A stretch of 64,000 bases of DNA from Ramazzottius varieornatus (lineage: Eukaryota > Animalia > Tardigrada). The position numbers and the translations under genes were made by a program. Below are positions 59,701-64,000 of this stretch, one piece after another (the stretch's first letter is position 1; each line of letters starts with the position of its first letter). The notes under the pieces were generated by a model that ran no database searches, was not told the DNA's origin, and was given only the letters and a program-made list of their open reading frames with translations. The stretch spans positions 1,962,761 through 2,026,760 of the forward strand of contig BDGG01000008.1 in NCBI GenBank assembly GCA_001949185.1. Reading direction: 5' to 3'.

Positions 59701-62532
59701 CTCGTTCAGCTGTCCCACCAAGCTCCACCTTCTGTCCTCCTCATTCAGCACCAACGCCGCCAGCGGATGCTGCATACTCCTGTTCCCCCACATGGACGTC
59801 TGCCTCAGGAAGCTGTGCGGCACAGGCTGCGTTCTATTGCGCGGCAGGTAGAACTGGTAGACCCTGTCGGCCAGAGACAAAATATCCTTCTCGATCAAGG
59901 CGGCCCTCGTGTCATTCGTGTCGGCTATGGCTTCCCGCAGCGTCCCCACCATCCAGTCTCTGCCGTACATGTACAGTGAGTCCATGGCTGTCTGTACCGT
60001 CTCTTGGACTTGCGCACCTTCGGGCAGCCACTGCAGAATCTCGGGGTGCTTGACGATAGTCTCGTTCATGAAGTCCGAACTGAGCCCCACCATGTAGACG
60101 GTTTCCTGTTGGACATGCATCGTCGCGATGAGGCCACAGATACCCATAGCGACGAACATCATGATGACCATCAGCAGGGAGATGCTTTCGTCCAGAGTGT
60201 CCTCCAGCAAATTCATCACCTGACCAGACAAAATCGACCTTATTATCAACGTGCAAATCTGAAATTTTCGCTTACGCTTAGCCGTAATTTCGATGCTAAA
60301 CAGTCATAATTATCATTCAGGTACTTGAGTGCGAACTTCTAGCCAGCTGTCTACGAAACATGGGACGCAGAGGCGGCAGGCGTACGCCCCCCCCGACCGC
60401 TACAGCCGTCATCCCCAGTGTAGCGAGCGTGATGGAGCGCTATGTCTGCCTCTCAGTCCCTGAGAGAAGCTCTAGCTCTAATGAAACGCAGTATGTCATC
60501 CGAACACATTGCCATCGCGAAGTATCCCATCACTGCAGTTTCGGGTCTTCGTTCTGACCGTCAAGGGTGCTTCGAGCCAGCCGGTTGCCCACTTGATATG
60601 TTTGGTGTAGAATTTGAAACATCCAAAGTACAGCCGGCTGGCAACAAGTTTCGGCATTGCATTCTGCTGTCAGCTACACAGAAGAAATCCCCATTCAACC
60701 GTTAATCCTCGATAGAGCTAAGCTTCGACAACCCTCACTTATGTTCGACGAACAGAGGCACATGTTGTCAACTTGATGTTCCAGAAACAAATGGTCTGTT
60801 CGTTGCGGCCGTCAAACTCCCGCTATTGGAAAGGTATCTACTGGGTGTTTACCGGCGCAAAAAGTCTGTCGCTCATCGAATCACCTCTGACAACAATCTA
60901 GACTTCGTAAACGACCAACGGACTCCGACCCACCCAGCCTTATGAACAGGATCATGGTATCAAAGTCAAGGACCCACGTGATATTAGTTTTAATTGCTCA
61001 TTTTGCTTATTTAACAGTTGACTAGATTTACCTTTTGGTCGCCTTGCTTGGCAAGACGGAACAATCCTCTTAGCGCCGCCGGCGCCACGATATCCTTCCT
61101 GCTCATGACCCACCCTTTACAGCGGTTCTTCACTTCTCTCAAATACTTGGCCAGCGCCGTCCAAGCTCCATACTCCTGTCCCAGCACCCTCACCACCCTA
61201 TATCCCACCGGGATCAGAATCAACGGTATAAACTGGTAATGCGACAGCACCTCAACCACGACAAACATCCAAAACAGATACATCAAATATCGCGTTCCCT
61301 GCTTCTCCGTGTTCACATGAATAATCTTCAAGGCCGGCAACGTACTGGCATTGCCCGTCGACTCGTCCTCCGACGAATTGGAATGCGTCTCGATATCCGT
61401 CAAACTATCATTGACCAAATGATGCAGTGACGACCCGAGTACTTTCCAAAAGGACGATTCCGACGCGATGGCTTGTAGCTCTTCTTCGGGGGAATTCGGG
61501 CTATCAAACGACCTGACAGTCTGCGCTCGCTGAATCTTACTTTTGACCACTTTCATTTCCGTCGCGAAACCCAAGCATAAGACGATGCCCACAACGACCA
61601 ACACCGGAGCGGCCAACGCTCCTAGTAAGGAAGACAAATGCAATCCCAGCCATATCCATAACGGCCAAGCCAGCATCCTCAACGTCTTCCGGTGCTCGGG
61701 TGTCCATAGCGAGTTGACTGCGACAATATAGGGAATGACCAGGAGCCAGATTAGCTTGGACCGGAAGAAGGAGAGTGACGTTGAGAAGAAGCGTGAGATC
61801 ATGACGAGGACGTCCATGTGATTCCACAGGACGATCTGGGCGAAGAAACACCCTGCTAGAACACCCGCGCCCCATACTAGTTTCATCCAGTGATTCCACA
61901 AAAAGTCCAGGACTTCGGCGCCGAAGTAATTGAAGGTTCGATCGACGATGTAGAAAGGTGTGGCGAGGAGGCCGACGACGAGGGGTGTCGAGGAAGACTT
62001 GAGATTCTGTAGCCAACTCCGCGTACCATGAGTTAGGTAGTGCTTGAAGGGGAACAATATCGTGCCTAAAAGGACGCAACCAGAAGAAATCGTGAGCTCA
62101 CAAGTGGCGCAACTCTTGAGTGTCATTAGCTGAAACCGTGCGTCACTTGGCAAACAAATTCGACAAGATCGATCTTCAAGTGGCGCACTCTTTCGGGCAC
62201 TAAGGCAAAAGATGTGCGCCACATGGCACAGCAATTCCTATCGACTTTCTTCACCGAGTTTGTAACCAGTAATCTAACACTGGACGGGAAGACGAAAGCG
62301 TACCTGTTAAGGCTGCCCAGGCTAGGGGTTTGAGGAAGCTCTGTAGGATGAAGTAGACTTGGTAGCCCACGATGAGGACCACGATCAGGAAGAACTGCCC
62401 GACGGCTGTGAATAACGCTTGACGGAAAGCGAGCTCCTGGCCACCGCTAAAGTTGTTCATCATCGCAAGGAAGTTCTGCCATGATTCGGCAACACGCGAA
62501 CTGTGCCGTACTCGATCTCGGTGGGCAGGCAT
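56765..62532 (-). CDS. TMEM245: Transmembrane protein 245; exons 62532-62304, 62065-61032, 60219-59620, 59546-59424, 58120-57984, 57928-57653, 57405-56856, probable last exon 56789-56765
   Basis: Motifs FLKPLAWAALTGTILFPFK, YMYGRDW, LYYLLCSS..Y.P, FAASFKMAAFYGFFTW, HPYLFGLSVAGG...GLEGAVFGP. Splice phases fit. Confidence 0.92.
58214..59315. mobile_element. Tc1/mariner-type non-autonomous element (1.1 kb) in a TMEM245 intron
   Basis: Perfect 30-bp TIR CAGGGTGATCACGCCAAGTGACTACCACCT; TA TSD. Confidence 0.88.
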
Positions 62533-63261
62533 TCTGACGGATGCTGGTGAATAATTTCTACTGAAGAAACAGCGATCAAGATCCCGCTTAATCACCAATC
62601 AACAGAAGTCACCGTGTTACATCAGATGATCAAAATTAACAGATCTTTCAAGCGCCCTTTCGATCCGGATCAGTTTCTTCCATACTCCGTAACACCCTCC
62701 CCCGAACTCAGATGGAAACCACGGTCAGCCGGTGCTTGCAAAACTTTCTTATCACGAAAAAGAGACGGGTGAAGTTTGGACTTTAGAAAAACCGACTTTG
62801 TGAATTGTGATTAGAGATGTCCATCTCTAGTGATCCAAGGAGCAGAGAAGCGAAAACTTTCAAGTGAAAATGAGCGTGTTCGTTTACGTCAAAAAGCACC
62901 CATTGCCGAACTTGTTAATGCGGGATTTACCCCGGTGCCGATTCACGGCAGACAAGCTGTACGTACAACTGACTGTCGCAAGGCATATTTGACCAACTGG
63001 GCAGATACAAACTGTTATACGTCACGAGTTTTCCTTTTCCATAACACACGAAATGCATAGTTCGTGAGAAAATCATGACGGCAAGGTTCGATTTTATCTG
63101 AGATCGCGCAAACGGATTTACTCTTTTCCGACCAGAAAAGATTACAGTATTTTTCTCATTCTTCAAGAAATCCTCGGCAGTTTTACATCATTTTTATCGG
63201 TCAAAGAGCCTTTGCTTTCAGTCCCTATTCGTTTCAGGTGAACAAGCACGCTTACGCGGAG

Positions 63262-63891
63262 ATGTCGGCACAAGCCAAGAAGAAGACTGGGAGGGAAGGT
63301 AAGGAAGCGTTCAAGGCCGAAGACGTTCTACAAGCTGTGATCATCGCCGACAGCTTCAATGAACGGTTCAAACCTCTGACTCTTCAACAACCCCGTGCTT
63401 TGCTTCCGCTCGCCAATTGTCCAGCCATCGCCTATACGCTAGAGTTTCTAGCGGACGTCGGCGTCCATGAAATTCTGATTTTCTGTCGTGTTCACGCGGA
63501 CAAGATCCGTGCATACATCGATGCGCATCCGAAGTGGGGCAAGAAAGGCCGACGGCATCGTTCTGTCGTGGTACAAGTCATTGTGTCCGAAGACTGTTAC
63601 TCCATGGGAGATGCTTTGCGTGAGATTGATGCCAAGAATTTGATTCGGGGCGATTTTATCCTTGTACAAGGAGACCTAGTTGCCAACGTCGATTTACAAC
63701 CTGCTCTAGCCGCACATCGTGGACGCAGATCTACTGACAAGAATTCCGTCATGACTGTCGTTGTTCGACACGTCGCGCCGCGGCATCCTGCTCGATGTTT
63801 AGAGGACCAAATTATTCTGACGGTGGATTCTACGAACCAGAGAGTTCTGCATTTCCAGAAGGATGTTTCTCACAAAAGGACCAGATTTCCC
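63262..63891 (+). CDS. EIF2B5: Translation initiation factor eIF2B epsilon, first coding exon (gene continues past the window; donor at 63892 or 63897)
   Basis: LQAVIIADSFNERFKPLT..PRALLPLAN, YTLEFL, SMGDALREID, GDFILVQGDLVAN, DKNSVMT. Confidence 0.93.
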
Positions 63892-64000
63892 GTAAAGTGA
63901 GTCTATTCACTGCACTGTTGGTTGATTGTTGATTCGTCTCGTCACGCGTCAGCAAGAGTGGCTTTCGTTCTAGCATATTCCAGATAGAAATCAGGGTAAT

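Overview
This is eukaryotic (animal) genomic DNA, so the prokaryote-style ORF track splits most genes. Genes have short GT-AG introns (mostly 55-100 nt). Compact genes, divergent rhodopsin-type GPCRs, a gustatory-receptor-like gene and an atypical receptor guanylyl cyclase suggest a tardigrade-like invertebrate (inference, not proven). Manually spliced genes, left to right: two convergent secreted stand-alone DOMON paralogues; POGLUT1/Rumi; a 4-exon FABP; two identical inverted tRNA-Val(AAC) genes; a divergent DHFR; a class A GPCR; a PH + coiled-coil + FFAT-like protein resembling OSBP without its lipid-transfer domain; a probable GPCR relic; a second GPCR; an SLC35G/EamA transporter; a receptor guanylyl cyclase with a degenerate cyclase site; a pseudogene of a secreted Gly/Ser-rich protein; a gustatory receptor; TMEM245; and the start of EIF2B5. 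Introns and intergenic DNA hold many small TIR elements with TA, TTA, TTAA, 6-, 8- and 9-bp TSDs, two decayed DD37D-type transposases and a LINE relic. No CRISPR or multi-gene novel system is supported. The best leads are unusual variants of known families: the ORD-less OSBP-like protein, the DHFR lacking the folate-binding Arg, the DOMON pair and the pseudo-cyclase.
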